Shown: positions 12,701 to 26,184 of the stretch, piece by piece
Position numbering within the stretch: position 1 is the stretch's first letter
How the letters are laid out: the number at the start of each line of letters is the position of its first letter
Translations under genes and position numbers: made by a program
Assembly: GCA_053919585.1 (NCBI GenBank)
Contig: CM132793.1
Length of the DNA: 64,000 nt
Direction: 5' to 3' (one strand)
Origin: Euprymna scolopes
Taxonomy: Eukaryota
Notes under the pieces: model-generated
Seen by the model: only the letters and a program-made list of their open reading frames with translations
Told to the model about the DNA's origin: nothing
The model's database searches: none

Positions 12701-13495
12701 TCGATTACTGTACTCGCAATAACTCTTATCCCCGAATGACCTTCATGCCTTGATAACTGTTGACTTCTATGTAAAAAAAGAACTGTTGTTGTGATGGTGT
12801 GAAATGAAATCTTAATAATTTCGCAGCAGAACGGTTTTTTTACCGAAAATACGAAACGTTACAGAAAAGGCACAGAAAAAAGAAACAAGGCTAAAAAGGG
12901 TATTATTTGCCAATATAAGTTGGATTGCAAAAGTAAATTATAAAGCATTATATTATATTTATTGAATTATTTAGCACAACATTCTTTGTATTAATTTTTA
13001 CTTTTTACATAATCTCAATTGGGCTAGTTGTATATTAAAAATACAATAGGCACTATTTCATAAGCATGATAATACACTCATATTTGCTTCGTTTTTTTAA
13101 TTTTTTTCTCTCAAAAAATCTAGTTACTGCACTAAACAAAAGCAAAACATAAGCTTTATCAATACATATGCGCTGATTCAATATATTTCTCATTTTTTAT
13201 GATTTCCATGGCTCTTACTCATTATTGTAAATTTTGTAATACGGAGTCTATTTTGTACTACCTCATTTATGAGAATTGTAAATCTGTCTTGTTATTCTTT
13301 TCTACTGCGTTTTCTATGTGTATTAAATATAAGGATAGAGTATTACTTTAAAAATGGATAGCTTACGCCGTAAATAATGTAGGTTATTTTTAGCACATGG
13401 AGGAATGTACAGCAGATGAGAAAGAGAGGATTTAACGGAAAAGTTAATGAAGGAGGTGGAAGATTGATGAGAGAACAATAAAGACAGGGATATAC

Positions 13496-13550
<55 letters not shown>

Positions 13551-15399
13551 AAGAGAGAGATAGAGAGAGAGATAGAGAGTGATATATACAGCGACAGACA
13601 CATAAGCAGAGATAGAGACAAAGGGAGAAGATTTAACAACCTGTTATCCCTGCTATTAAACATCTATTCATTTTGAGTGGGGATTTGGGCGAAAAATAGA
13701 GTAGATTATACTCTATTTATATATCTAGACGATTCTACAAAATAGATATAAATTATTACAGAATTTAAAGGTTACGATTACTTTAACATATATGTGGAAA
13801 ATTTCTTAGGATTAAGAGATAGATTTAGTCGTTTTTGTATAAGCTTGTATGAAATTAATAGTAAATTGTATAAGAAGAAAAGTTTAAATTTAGTTAAGAA
13901 ACAAAAACATTAATAATTTAAAGTATAGTATTATTTGATTTTAGCGACACTTTTTGTAAAAATGTGTGAAAATGTTCTACAATCTTTAAAACTTTTAAAT
14001 TTAAGTTTTTTTTATTTTCACATTGTTTTTACTATTTTATACCCACATTTTCATTATAATTATTGATATTCCATAACATTTTTTACGTGTTGTTTCTCAT
14101 TTTTAATCTAATCAATATACTAAATGCATAGAAGCCAAAACATAGTTGTATTTCAGGTTGCTTTTTTTTTTCATGCATGAATCTATTTTTCATCAATTGT
14201 CAAACATGGTATGCAAAAACCTATTTCTTATTTTTTTGGTGACATTAAAACAGTTGTGTACAATGCTTTGAGTCTTGAACATGTTTGATTTGATCGACTG
14301 AGCAAATGTAGTATCATCTTATTGAGAAATATACATGGAAAATTAACTTTGTTGTCATACGTTTGTAAAAGAAATACAAACAATCCAAATTTAAAGTAGA
14401 ACATCAGTATTTCATATGAATCTAATATAAAATTATCACTATTTTTCATCTAACTGTCGACTTTTGTGCGTTTTATAGTCATATTATCATTTACTAAAAT
14501 GATAAATTGTACATGTGTGTATTTAGGAAGATATAAGTACACAAAATAAAACACCCATCTTTATCTCGCAAAAAAAAACTCCCATACTCCTATAATTCAT
14601 TTCTAAAATATTTTTCATCAATGTTATTCAGTGTGTTCATACATAATGCCTTAAAAATGAATACTTTCATTATTTCGGAGAAAGAGGTGATTTATCTGCG
14701 GGGCCTTGTCAACAGATATAGAAAAATATTTACTACTAAATCTAGATAAAATTAATCATTGTCTTTTTGTTTCAAAGTGCATTGATTGAAAACATTAATA
14801 GAACGTGCCAAAACACGCATTACAATATGTTAATATATTCATCAAGTTTTGTTATATTATTCAATGTTATATTAAATAAGTTAGTTTGCAAGTAAATTTC
14901 TAAACTCTTTAAACGCATAACTGGATCTAAAACAAACATTAAACAGATTATCATGATGATGAAAAAGCAATACTTTGTAAACACAGAATATAAAGATGTT
15001 TTTTTTTTAAACTTTCGACTGTTTATTAACTTAAATAACTATTATATGTAAACTAATAAACAAAGTATACTCACATTTAGATATGTAAAATTTGTAAGTT
15101 ACACCTTCATAAATATCATGTTTTTTTTAATTAGTGTGGCAAAGTAAACCATTTGCTACTTCATAAAGAATACTCTCAAAACTTTGTGCATACTACTGTA
15201 AGCTAAACATATCAATTTCTTTCTATTGTGTCTGTTGTTTTTAACAACAATGCGCACATTAAAATCCAATTTAGTACTCCGAGGGATGGGACAAAACTGG
15301 AGACATTCACAAAACTTTGTACACCCAATGAAACAGGAACACACATTGCTCACTGAAGGCATATATACAGTTCATATATGTATACTTCTTTTGTTCTTC

Positions 15400-15845
15400 T
15401 GGATTGTTTGAGAAGAATATTATGTGTATTATTTGGGTTCTTCGGACTACTGTTCTCGTGTTGAGTGTCATGTTAATGTTTTCGTAGGTGTAACATATGT
15501 ATATAGTAATAACACATAGCAATAAATAATGATATTCAGCTATAAAAGTGGCCTTCACTGGAAGGTTGAAAGTCGAATCCTCAGTACGGGAGACTGGAAA
15601 TATAATTGCGAATTACTTAGGACTTCAATGCAGTCATAATTAATGGAATAAGAGAATGTTGCCACCGGGAATAAAATAAATGTGCCTATCGAGCTTCCTG
15701 AGTTCGACAGAAAGTTTCCTGAGTTTGACAAGATAAACCTTAAGAAGATTGGAGATTACATCAACCAAAACATTGTAACAGTGACACTCAAGATTAAAAC
15801 ATTACTCTGAAGATAATCAATCCTCATCTAAAAAAAGACTAAGTT
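15400..15845 (+). mobile_element. Short non-autonomous element with inverted arms and a decayed hammerhead-like core
   Basis: 15424-15475 is an imperfect inverted copy of 15777-15820. The core gagtttgacaag..aagaagattggagattacatcaaccaaaacattgt is related to sequence in 21720-21950 and 45100-45360. Confidence 0.6.
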
Positions 15846-15934
15846 GTAATATTCCTATTAAGAACATAATTTATGTTAATACATTGATTTTAACCGCACT
15901 TTATGATCTAAAAAACACTATATTCCATACTTAT

Positions 15935-15994
15935 AACAGGGAGATATAAGGAATTGGTCCTGATATTGCAGAAGCAGCAATCATGAAATTACCT

Positions 15995-16031
<37 letters not shown>

Positions 16032-16097
16032 TAGGAGCTGGAGCTATATAAAATCAATCCCAGAAATGGCTGAAGCCGTATTCGATCTAAAAAATCA

Positions 16098-16165
<68 letters not shown>

Positions 16166-16420
16166 CAGGAAAGATGGTATACGGAGCCATTCCCGGAAAT
16201 GGCTGTTTGCTTAGGATCTTACACTATTATACATTAAGAAGAGGGGATATGTGGAATCAGTCCCAGAAATGGCTGAAACAGTTTACTATCTGAAAATACA
16301 TTTCTTCAATATATATTTTAAGGAGAGAGGAGTAAACGGAGTTAGTCTCGGAAACAGCTCAAATCATCTTATTTTATATATATTTTCGCAGAGGAGTTTT
16401 ATTTGGAGTCAGTCATTACG
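15935..16420. repeat. Degenerate tandem repeat (~5-6 units, core ggartcagtcccrgaaatggctgaa) with (TA)n expansions between units
   Basis: Related cores near 15950, 16050, 16180, 16250, 16335 and 16403. Confidence 0.6.
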
Positions 16421-16507
16421 ATATGAAAAAAACATTATTTCATATATATTTTTGTATGGACTGGGTAAATTGTTTCACTTCACGAATAATTTTACTTCTA
16501 TTTAAGA

Positions 16508-16985
16508 CTAGCGGAGCACCCGGCTTAACCCGGGTTTGGAGAGGTGATGTAGTAAGGAACCCCGAGGGTAATCAAAACTACAGTAGGCAGCCCGGGTGGA
16601 GAGAGGTGTTTACAAAAGTAGTAGTAGGCAGGCAGGCTCAAACCCGTAACGTGAAGGAGGAAAAGAAGGCGAAACCCCCTAGCTGAAGCGTCTATCGCGA
16701 AATCGGAAATCTCGAGCGTTGACATTAAGGCTAGTTAATCCAACGAAGACGATGACTTGCGAAAGTGTCGATTCAAAAACCGACCTCTCTTTGTAAAAAT
16801 CGGCTCACTTGAGGATCAAGAAATTAATGCGTTGGGCAGATTTTTCGGCATTTGTCAGCCGAGAGACAGAACCTTATAAATATACTGATTTTCTTATCTT
16901 CCAACGCGTGGGTCAAATGTTTTTGCGAGGCCTACAAACACACACACATACACGCATATATACATTTTATCTTTTATTTATTAGA
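16508..16985 (-). mobile_element. Non-autonomous Helitron
   Basis: Minus strand starts TCTAATAAATAAAAG and ends with hairpin acccgg-gttaag-ccgggt followed by gctccgCTAG (5'-TC...hairpin-CTRR-3'). Confidence 0.75.
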
Positions 16986-17520
16986 CTAGTGGAGAGACTC
17001 GGCGTTGCTCGGGTGTGAAGAGGGAGTGTAGTAAGGAATCCCGAATCAACAGTAGGCATCCCGGATGGAGATAGATGTTAAAAAGCGGGGTGGTAGGTGG
17101 TGAAGAGGGGGAAAATCGCAGTACGCAGCCCGGGTGAACAGTGGAGTTTAAAAAAGTATTATTAGGCATGCAGGCTCGAACTCGTAACTGGAAGGCGGAA
17201 AATAAGGTGAAAATATAGTTAAAGTATTGGATGATACGTTCATCCTGAAACCAGAAGTAGTGAGAGTTAAAATTAAATATAGTCAACCAAACGGAGACGA
17301 GGGCTTGCGAAAATATCGACGAAAATAGCGAATCCTTCTTGTAAAAAAAATGGCCAAGTTGAGGGTGAGGATATACATGTTTTACCCATATCCTCTGATA
17401 TTTGTCGTCTAATATATCGAGCTTTCAAACAACACTAACTTCGTCACCTTCCGACGCGTTGGTCGGTAGTCTTTGCAAGACATAGAAACCTACACAAATT
17501 TTGCCTTTTCTATATAATAT
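16986..17520 (-). mobile_element. Non-autonomous Helitron, related copy, head-to-tail with the previous one
   Basis: 3' end acccgagcaacgccgagtctctccaCTAG abuts the TC of the next copy. Internal homology: gtagtaaggaa.ccc, caggctc.aac.cgtaac, ccaacg.agacga..cttgcgaaa. Confidence 0.72.
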
Positions 17521-17639
17521 TATATTCAGAATATACACGCAGATAAGACATTTAAAATAATATATATTACAGATTAAAGTGTTGGGATCACTTTACTACA
17601 TAAATGTAGCATAAATGAACGCATACTTCATGCAGAGAT

Positions 17640-19110
17640 TATCGGTTAATATATAACTGTTTGTTAAATTATTATTAATATATAGATTTTTTAAAATAAA
17701 TATATTATAACTGTTTTGTAAAACTATTATTAATATATAGATTTTACTTTAAAAAACTAATATAGTAAACTGTTTTGTATAAATTATTATTAATACATCA
17801 AAAAGTAAAATATTATAAATGTTTTTTTATTATTATTACAATGTAAAATTTAAAAAAAATATATTATAACTGTATGGTAAAATAATTAATTATATATAAA
17901 AAATTACAAAATTAATATATTATAACACTTTGGCAATATTTTTCAATAGCATATAAATCTTGAAAAATGATATATTATTACTGCTTTGTTAAATTATTAT
18001 TAATATATGAAAAAATTAAAATATTTAATATATTATAACTGTTTTGTCGAAATATTTTTAATATACAACACTTTCTAAAATATTTAATAACTGTGTTGTT
18101 CAATTATGATTAATATATAAAAATTAATGTGTTATAACTGTATTGTAAAATTATTATTAATTGATAAAATACAAATTACAAAAATATTATACTATTACCG
18201 TGTTGTTAAATGAGTATTAATGTATTAAAAATTAAAGAAAAATATATTATGACTGTGTTTTTACATTATTAATAATATATGGTTATTGAATTTAATACAT
18301 TATTACTTTGTTGTAATATTATTATTAATATACAAAACATGAAAAAATATTATATATATGTATTTTTGTAATTATTAATGATACATAATTTGTTTTAAAT
18401 TAATATATTATAACTGTGTTGTTAAATTATTATTATTAATATTTTGGAAAAATTCTAAAAATTAATATATTATAACGAATTTGTTAAATTAGTATTGATA
18501 TATAAAACACCTTTAAAAATTAATATACTATTACTGAGTTGTTAAATTATTATTAATATAACAAATTTTTAAAAATATAATAATACTGTGTTGTTAAAGT
18601 ATTATTGATATATAATAAGTTAAATAAATTAATATGTCATAAATGTTTTGTCAAATTATTAGTAATATATAAAAAAATTAAATTACTATAGTATAAACTT
18701 GTTGTTTAATTATTATTAATATATAAAAATAATATATTATAACTTTTTTGTTAAATTATTATTAATATAAAAATACAAATAATATATCATAACTGTGTTG
18801 TTAAACTATCTTAATATATATCTTTAAATGATATATATATATAACTGTTATGTTTAATTATTATTAATATATAAAAATGTTTAAAAAATTAATATATTCT
18901 AACTGTTTTGTTAAATTATTATAAATATATAAACATTTAATTAATATATTATAAATGTGTTGTTAAATTATTATTTATGTATTAACAAAATTTAAAACAA
19001 TAATATATTTTAACTGTGTTGTTATTATTAGTATATAAAAATAACAAAAAAATAATATATTATACATGTGTTGTTAAATTTTTTATATTTTTAAATAATA
19101 TATTTTTTGA
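17640..19110. repeat. AT-rich minisatellite, ~55-60 bp unit, roughly 25 copies
   Basis: Recurring aattaatatattataactgtgttgttaaattattattaatatataaaa. Confidence 0.92.
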
Positions 19111-19756
19111 ATCGCAACTTATAAGTCTTAAATTGAAATATATTTAAAAAATATATTTTTTCGTATAATTAAACGAAATAGTAAAAAGTAAATATTGAAT
19201 AGCAAAGATTAGATTGTAGGCAGTGAAATAGTTTTTTTTTTAATTTGATATCTTTGCAATGTGATAAGAGAGTATAAACGAATATTTTCACACAACCAGA
19301 AACGTATTTCCTTCGATTAATAAGAAAACCCAATTAGCGGCTTGTCATTTAAGTTTTTTTAATTAATCCTTAGAAATAAATCACTTCTCTAACTTATTTT
19401 GAAAAAAAAAGAAATAGAAAATGCTGAAAATAAATTATATCTACATTTTATATTAGATTATAAAGGAGACGATCAATTTTGCAACATAAATAAAAAATAA
19501 TTAAATAAATAAAATGATAACAATAAAAATGATTTTAAAATTCGTTTAATCAACTAAAAATTAAATTATATTGATGAACAGAAATGTGTGATCTTAAAAA
19601 TTGTTATATCAGGTTCAAAAGCTAATTTTCAAGTAGAGTGAATATTATCCGATAAAATTTTATTTAGAAAAACTTAATAAAATTGCCATTGGCTGTAGCT
19701 TTCATTTACAAACCGATATTGTGTTTTTTTAAAACAAACTTATGTGTAGGATTATA

Positions 19757-20975
19757 TGAGGGTGGGAAAAAAGTTCCTGTGAAATATTTAATTTTGATTT
19801 GAAATTATGTATTTTCAAATACGTTCTCGTTATAATAATTTTACTTAACACATAATTTAAAAGGGTGTTTTTACCTTTATCTTATCGTTTAAATAACAAC
19901 TGTGTAAAAACAATTATATCTTTTCTGTCAGAAAGTTGAATTCAAGATGAAAAGAACGCAAATTTGCAAACATTTTCTTATTTCAATTATAAGTAGCTGA
20001 AACAGCTCAAGATTTTACGAAGCATGTGACCCAGAAACGACTACTGAATGCACAATACAATGTAAGTTCAATAAATTTCGTGGCGGCGCCCGGAGACTTA
20101 AGGATAATGAACGTATTGGTCGGCTACCTGGTGTTGACAACGATCAATTAAGAACCTGAGTCGGAGCTTATTCACGCACACATGTTCAAGAACTTGCTTC
20201 TGAATCAGACATAATCTATACCACGATATCGAACCACTTAAGAGAAATTAGAAAGACACAAAAACTTGAAAAATATATGCCTAAAGTATTGAACAACAAC
20301 CGAATAAATGCCGTTATGAAGTGACATCTTCTTTTATTTTACGTAACAAGAAAGACCGTTTCCAGAGCCAGTTGTGACTTGCGAGGAAACGTGGGGTCAT
20401 TACAACCGGTTACGCTCAGCACAGTGGGTAAACATCGACGAAGCTACACGACACTTCCCGAAGCAAGAATTGCACTAAAACTGATGATGACTGTTTTGTT
20501 GTCTCATTACATTACATCTTTTTGAATGCAGGCGAAACAATTGGATAAAATGCATCAGAAATTTCGACAATAAGAGCAAGCATTAGTGACGAGAAAATGT
20601 CCAATTCTTCTTCACCACAATACATGACCTATGTTGCTAAACCGATCTTGCAAAATTTGAGCGAATTAAGCTACGAAACGCTGGCTCACTCATACTCTTA
20701 GGACCTCTCATCTTCAGGCTACAAATTTTTTAAGCATTCTCGACTATTTTTACGTGTAAAATGTTTCCAAAACTAAGCGCTATCGATAACTCCTTCAACG
20801 ACTTCATCTTCATCAGAAGGGAAGATTTTGACGTTACTGGCAGGAATACACTCGTTTTGACTTGACAAAATATGTTGATTCTGATGGTACTAATTTCGAC
20901 AAAAGTTTTTGTTCGAGCCGATATTTTCATCTGAATTTTAAACTTAACACCACAAGAGCTTTCTTGTCAACCTAA
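19757..20975 (+). mobile_element. Mariner (Tc1/mariner) DNA transposon, near full length, pseudogenised
   Basis: Degenerate TIRs (tgagggtgggaaaaaagttcctgtg vs revcomp ttaggttgacaagaaagctcttgtg) flanked by TA. Transposase remnants KFNKFRGG..LKDNERIGR, KYMPKVL (WVPHEL-like), VTCEETW, LLHHNT*P and HSSYS*DLS (HPPYSPDLS-like). Confidence 0.88.
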
Positions 20976-21719
20976 TAGCAGACGATACGTAAGGTAGTTA
21001 ATTTTTGTAGAGAATGTAAGAAACTGTCAGAGAATATCACCAACCGCATGGATTAGCGGAGGATTATTATTCTCCTTGTTTAATTTTAAAGAAAACTTAA
21101 AAATGGAATAGACAATGTATACTATGCAATCATTAGTAACCACACACAACGCAAAGAATGTATCTGTTGTTGTCAATCTGTTATCAACATGCTTAGACAG
21201 ATTAATTGCTTCGATCTTTCCCCTTCTTTTTATTGACAGCTTTATATTTTTAGATCAAAATAAAAAGATACACATTTGAAATATAAGAAATGTAAGTATT
21301 CAATTTTCTTCTTCTAATAATCAAGCAATATTTTACCTTCATTAAAATTTATCGTAAAAAACACTTTCACATCTTATTAAACTAAATGATTTCCAATTGA
21401 TTTTAAATCAATACTGGCACAAAGCAGTATATTGACAAATAATATTGTTGACATTTATTTTAAAACAAATAAAAATAAACGTTAAAGGAAAACAAAAAGT
21501 AATAGAAAATATTACCTGAAAAATAAAGAGAACGTAAAAGAAAAAAATATATAAAATAAAAAACAAATATTAAAAATCAATTTAAAAACCGAGACAAAAG
21601 GCATTATATCATAATAAAAATATGAAAACAAAAAAACAAACCCTTTATTATGAATTATTACTTGAATACATATCTTACTATACGTAAACAGTACAAACAA
21701 TTGACTGATTATAATTCAT

Positions 21720-21950
21720 TAGTATTATTTGGATTAATTGGCCCAGTGTTGTCATCATGAGTGTGATTTCACAACGTTTCGATGTAACCTCCGACCTTCA
21801 GGTGAACCTTGTCGAACTCGGTAATTCAAGTGAAACCATTAAGGCACATTGTTATTCTTTGAGTCGTCTAACTATCATGTTTCAGGCGTACCCGCATATC
21901 TTTTTAGGTTAATAGTAGCATGCCTTTCATTGCTTCCAGTTTCTCCCCCT
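21720..21950 (-). mobile_element. Copy of the short element with a hammerhead-like core
   Basis: Minus strand gagttcgacaaggttcacCTGAAGgtcggaggttacatcGAAACgttgtgaaatcacac. Confidence 0.6.
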
Positions 21951-23579
21951 TTATCACGTTTCTATACCGATTTGGATATCTAAACCATTTGTCATTAATT
22001 ATTTTATTCTTCTTCGTCTTCTCCTTCTATTTCTTCTTCTTCTCATCATTATTATTATCATTAGGGATAATTACATTGTATTACAGGTTAAAGTGAGAAA
22101 ATAATTAGGAAAATGAGAAGAACAGCGCTTATAAAGATCATAAGAAAATAGAGAGATAAAGGGAAATAAAATAATTTAATAACAAGAGAAAGAAGTTCAT
22201 ATTTCATTATGTTTAAAAAAAACCACCCAGTTAGAATATTGAAGTAAAATAAAAACATAAAAACAAAAAAGAATATCACAACATGTTGCTGAAATGAAAA
22301 AAGTATATTATTTTAAATATGCGTTAAAAATTAAGTAAAATAGAGGTTTGAAATAATAGAATTAAGAAAAAAAGTGCTAGGCATATACATGGGTAAACAA
22401 AATATTCTTTTATGAACTTAATATATAATATTGCTGTTTTCTTTTACTGGTTGACATTTTGCGCCGGACAAAGATGGCTCTCAATACTCAGTACCAGATA
22501 CAGCTTAAGTGACTTGTGTTTTTGTCGAACGTACCTTCTCAATCGCTACACATTTTTTTCTTCCTCTTTCTTTTCTTTCGAAGCCTTACGTCAATTTGTG
22601 CATTTTATTCCGTGACACAACGCCCAGATCAAATCTTAAGATTCAGATTTACCAAGTAAGTCCTCATTTAATGGCGAACCTAGACAGCGTTACAGAAGTT
22701 TAAATTTAAAACTGAACGATGTTTACAAACTTTACAAATTAATGTATAAAACTTTATTGAAATTAAAGCCAAAAAATTATCTTGGATTTTTTTGCTATGC
22801 AAATTTTGTTGCAAATTTAAAATTTGTTTATCGATAATTTTATATCTATATCATTATTTGCTAAATAATACATAAACTTAAATTTTAAGTGCAATAAAAT
22901 ATTAAATTTTGTCTATTTTAAAACTGAAATCATTGACGATTAAAAATATAAATTCTAAAGGGAAGCATCTATAACAATCAGTTAACGAGTATGTCTTTCA
23001 ATGAATTTTTAGTCAACACAAGTAATATACTATTGAATAAATTAATCAATTTACATATTGGAATTCTATCTATATAGCAAACGCTGAAAATTTGTGGTTC
23101 TAATTTTCAAACACAGGAAACTATCGGGTAATTCGACATTTCCAAATAAATTTTCCTGTCGGAAAGGCCGGTTATCACGCTCAACTTGCCTGCCAATCTG
23201 TCAGGAAATTAAGTGCTGATTGTGACTTGAGCTCATTAATATGTCCGCCTGTTTCCCATTATTGACGTAAAGTGTTTGCGTTCGGACGAGGTTTAATCTG
23301 ATTTTCAACGCTCTTGCTTTGTGTAGCGTTAAGTATGCATCTGTTTTGCATACGAAATTTAACTGAAAAGTCTCTTTTACCTTTATAACTATGTTACTTT
23401 TAAGGAAGGATTATGCATGTTTATCTTAAGGCCTTTTGTCACTTGAGCGTACAGCGTTACCAATTCGAACCATGTTTTACGGAACAATGCACGGAGATGA
23501 GAGAAATGTAATTTTACATTATATTTAAACTGCTCATATCAGCAAATTCATTGAAACAGGTAATAGTATAAAGTGTACT

Positions 23580-24840
23580 AGTCTGGATCAAGAAACGATT
23601 ACAGTAAATCATTGTTCGGCAGGTGGGGATCTATCGAAAATGTGTGAGAGTTTGTTGTTAAACGTGTTTCTTGATGAATATCGTTCGAAAGTCTACAACA
23701 ACGGGAAGTTAGTTAAATTCTATTATAATACTTGTAGACCTAATTGCAATATAATGCACTGTCACATTGTAATTGGGGCAGGTATCGATGCTTTCTTGAC
23801 AGTAGAACCCTAATATATTTAAGATTATTGAACCCTGTCAAGAGAAATAAAGTAGTGGTAGCCGAACAAGTCCATATATTGTAACCATACTTCATGCGTT
23901 ATCGAATGGCAAGTTTATAATGATACAAGATTCGCTTAGGTATGAGTGATTTTACCCCAAATTTTCAGTTGTCTTGGTAATACCATCGATGTTTTTCTTC
24001 CAATAAATAACGTTGTCTGCGGATGTGCAGCCGAGAAATTTGAAGTAAAATCTCTAAACATTGCTATAATTAGTCATTGCTATCGATCATTGAGAAGGTT
24101 TCATGTAATTGCTAAAGGAAATAACTTTAGTTTTAATAACATTAAATATGTCCATCCATGTACTGCCCCATTCAACTAGGAAAGTGAATTCTTCTTCTTA
24201 TGATACTACTAAGAGCGTAGATATGTGTAGTGTCGCTTTTCACGCATGCTTATTGTAAATCGTTGTATCCTCGCAAATACTCGTCTCAGACACACTTTAA
24301 GCGGATAACCTATTCATGACTTTCAGCAAAATTAAGTTCTAAGGATCGACTCTTGATGCAATCCCACGTAACGATTACGAAGGTTAGAGTTACTCCAGTC
24401 AATGACAATCTTGTAGTTTTCCCTTGCCTAAAAAAGTTGTTAATATTTTGCACCCCTTTAGTATTACTGTATTATTTTGTTTTCATAAATAACGCTTATG
24501 CCATACTTTCTTCAGATGATTTATATGTATCAATGGCAACAGCCCTCGCGTCCACCGCCTTATCCAATGCATAGTCCATGCTGACAAGGATGACCGTTAT
24601 AATATATACAGCTATACGTGATTGTCTAAATCTATATTGCCCGTCAGTAAATTTATAATGTGGTGTGCGAACGCTTGCTTAATAAATGAGCTGAGGAAAT
24701 TATCGAAAAGGGGGAACTGAAATGATGAATATTTAGCGAGCAGTTTTGTCACAAGAATTCTTGAAAGTGTAAGCACAAAATCTCTCTCCAAGCTATCATG
24801 AAATGGAAGATTTAACAAGATATTTATTGAAGAGTATGAA
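23580..24840 (-). mobile_element. CR1-group LINE RT/3' fragments, highly degenerate
   Basis: Minus strand ARAVAIDTYK (~24545), ICEDTTIY (FADDT-like, ~24270) and LVEWGSTWMDIFNVIKTKVI (~24130-24185). Confidence 0.6.
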
Positions 24841-25163
24841 AATTACAAAGGACAAAAATAAAACAAATTGCATAAACTCGCTAGTCAACCATTAAAATAG
24901 ATTAGTAATGCCTGAAAAATGTAGTCATTACGTATTGTAAAGAAAAAAGATTTAATTGTTTTACGTACATTGTCTGATGAGGTTGAAAAGTTGTTCAATT
25001 TGATTTATCTTATAAATTTAGTCAAAATGTGTTAAAATATTTATATATGTTCAAAGGGTTTCTTTGTCTGCAATATTTGTATCAATGAATTTGTAAAAAA
25101 AAAACATTCAAACGTTAGTTACCATGTAATTTTAATTTCCATGTTCGTTGTAAGCTTCTAAAT

Positions 25164-25234
<71 letters not shown>

Positions 25235-25529
25235 GAGTGTGATATAGAGATTATTAGTGAAAATAATCGGGAATATGTTGTTTATATTTTGCCGGAACCG
25301 GTTAGCAGTTATTACAACTATCTTTTACAAAATAAAAGACGCACACAAGGCAGAGATAATTTTCCAAAGTAGAGATGTAATTGTTAAAAATAGTTAAAAT
25401 CTATTTAAATATGTTTTATAAAATAATCGTTATTGTGTTTTTTTATTATTTTCTGTTTAATGTTATACACATATTTCAATGAACTTTGTAGTAATAAAAT
25501 AGAGTATTCCATTATATCTAGCTTGTGTG

Positions 25530-26092
25530 TATATATATATAATCATGATCTTAGACCGTAGTTGCGATAGTGGAGTTCATACACCCGCACCTTCTATCCA
25601 CGATTTGAATGAGTGTTTCCTAATCCCGCCTGTTTACACTAATATTCCTTTTAGTAGCATCGGGCCAGGCGTGCATTTTACTTATGGAGTCGATAGTACG
25701 CTTTCACATTAGTAGGGAAGAAAGAACTTCATGTACTACTAAAAAACAATAGCATGCGAACGAGCATGTACTGCTTTGACAATAGAGGATGCAGATTGAT
25801 GTTCGCAAATTATTTGTTTTTTGATTGAATGGGCGATCACTACGAATTCTTAACCAACAAGCAAAGGTGGATATATGCCCTAATCAGGAGTTTATTCAAT
25901 TTTAAGACAAACAGTAGAGAAGGATGCGATCCAATGTAGATTTATGTTTTTGCTGAGATCTGGTGTCTATGTTTTGCTCGGCTTATTTGACTCAGACTAT
26001 GTCATCATCCATCTGTTGGTAAAATCCTTAAATAGATGCGATGAAGGATCCAGGGAACTTATAATGCTTGACTGTGTTAGTGCATATTGATT

Positions 26093-26184
<92 letters not shown>

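Noticed and set aside
15156-15362. Cys-rich ORF as another EGF exon
   Set aside because: Cysteine spacing is not EGF-like and there is no convincing donor site.
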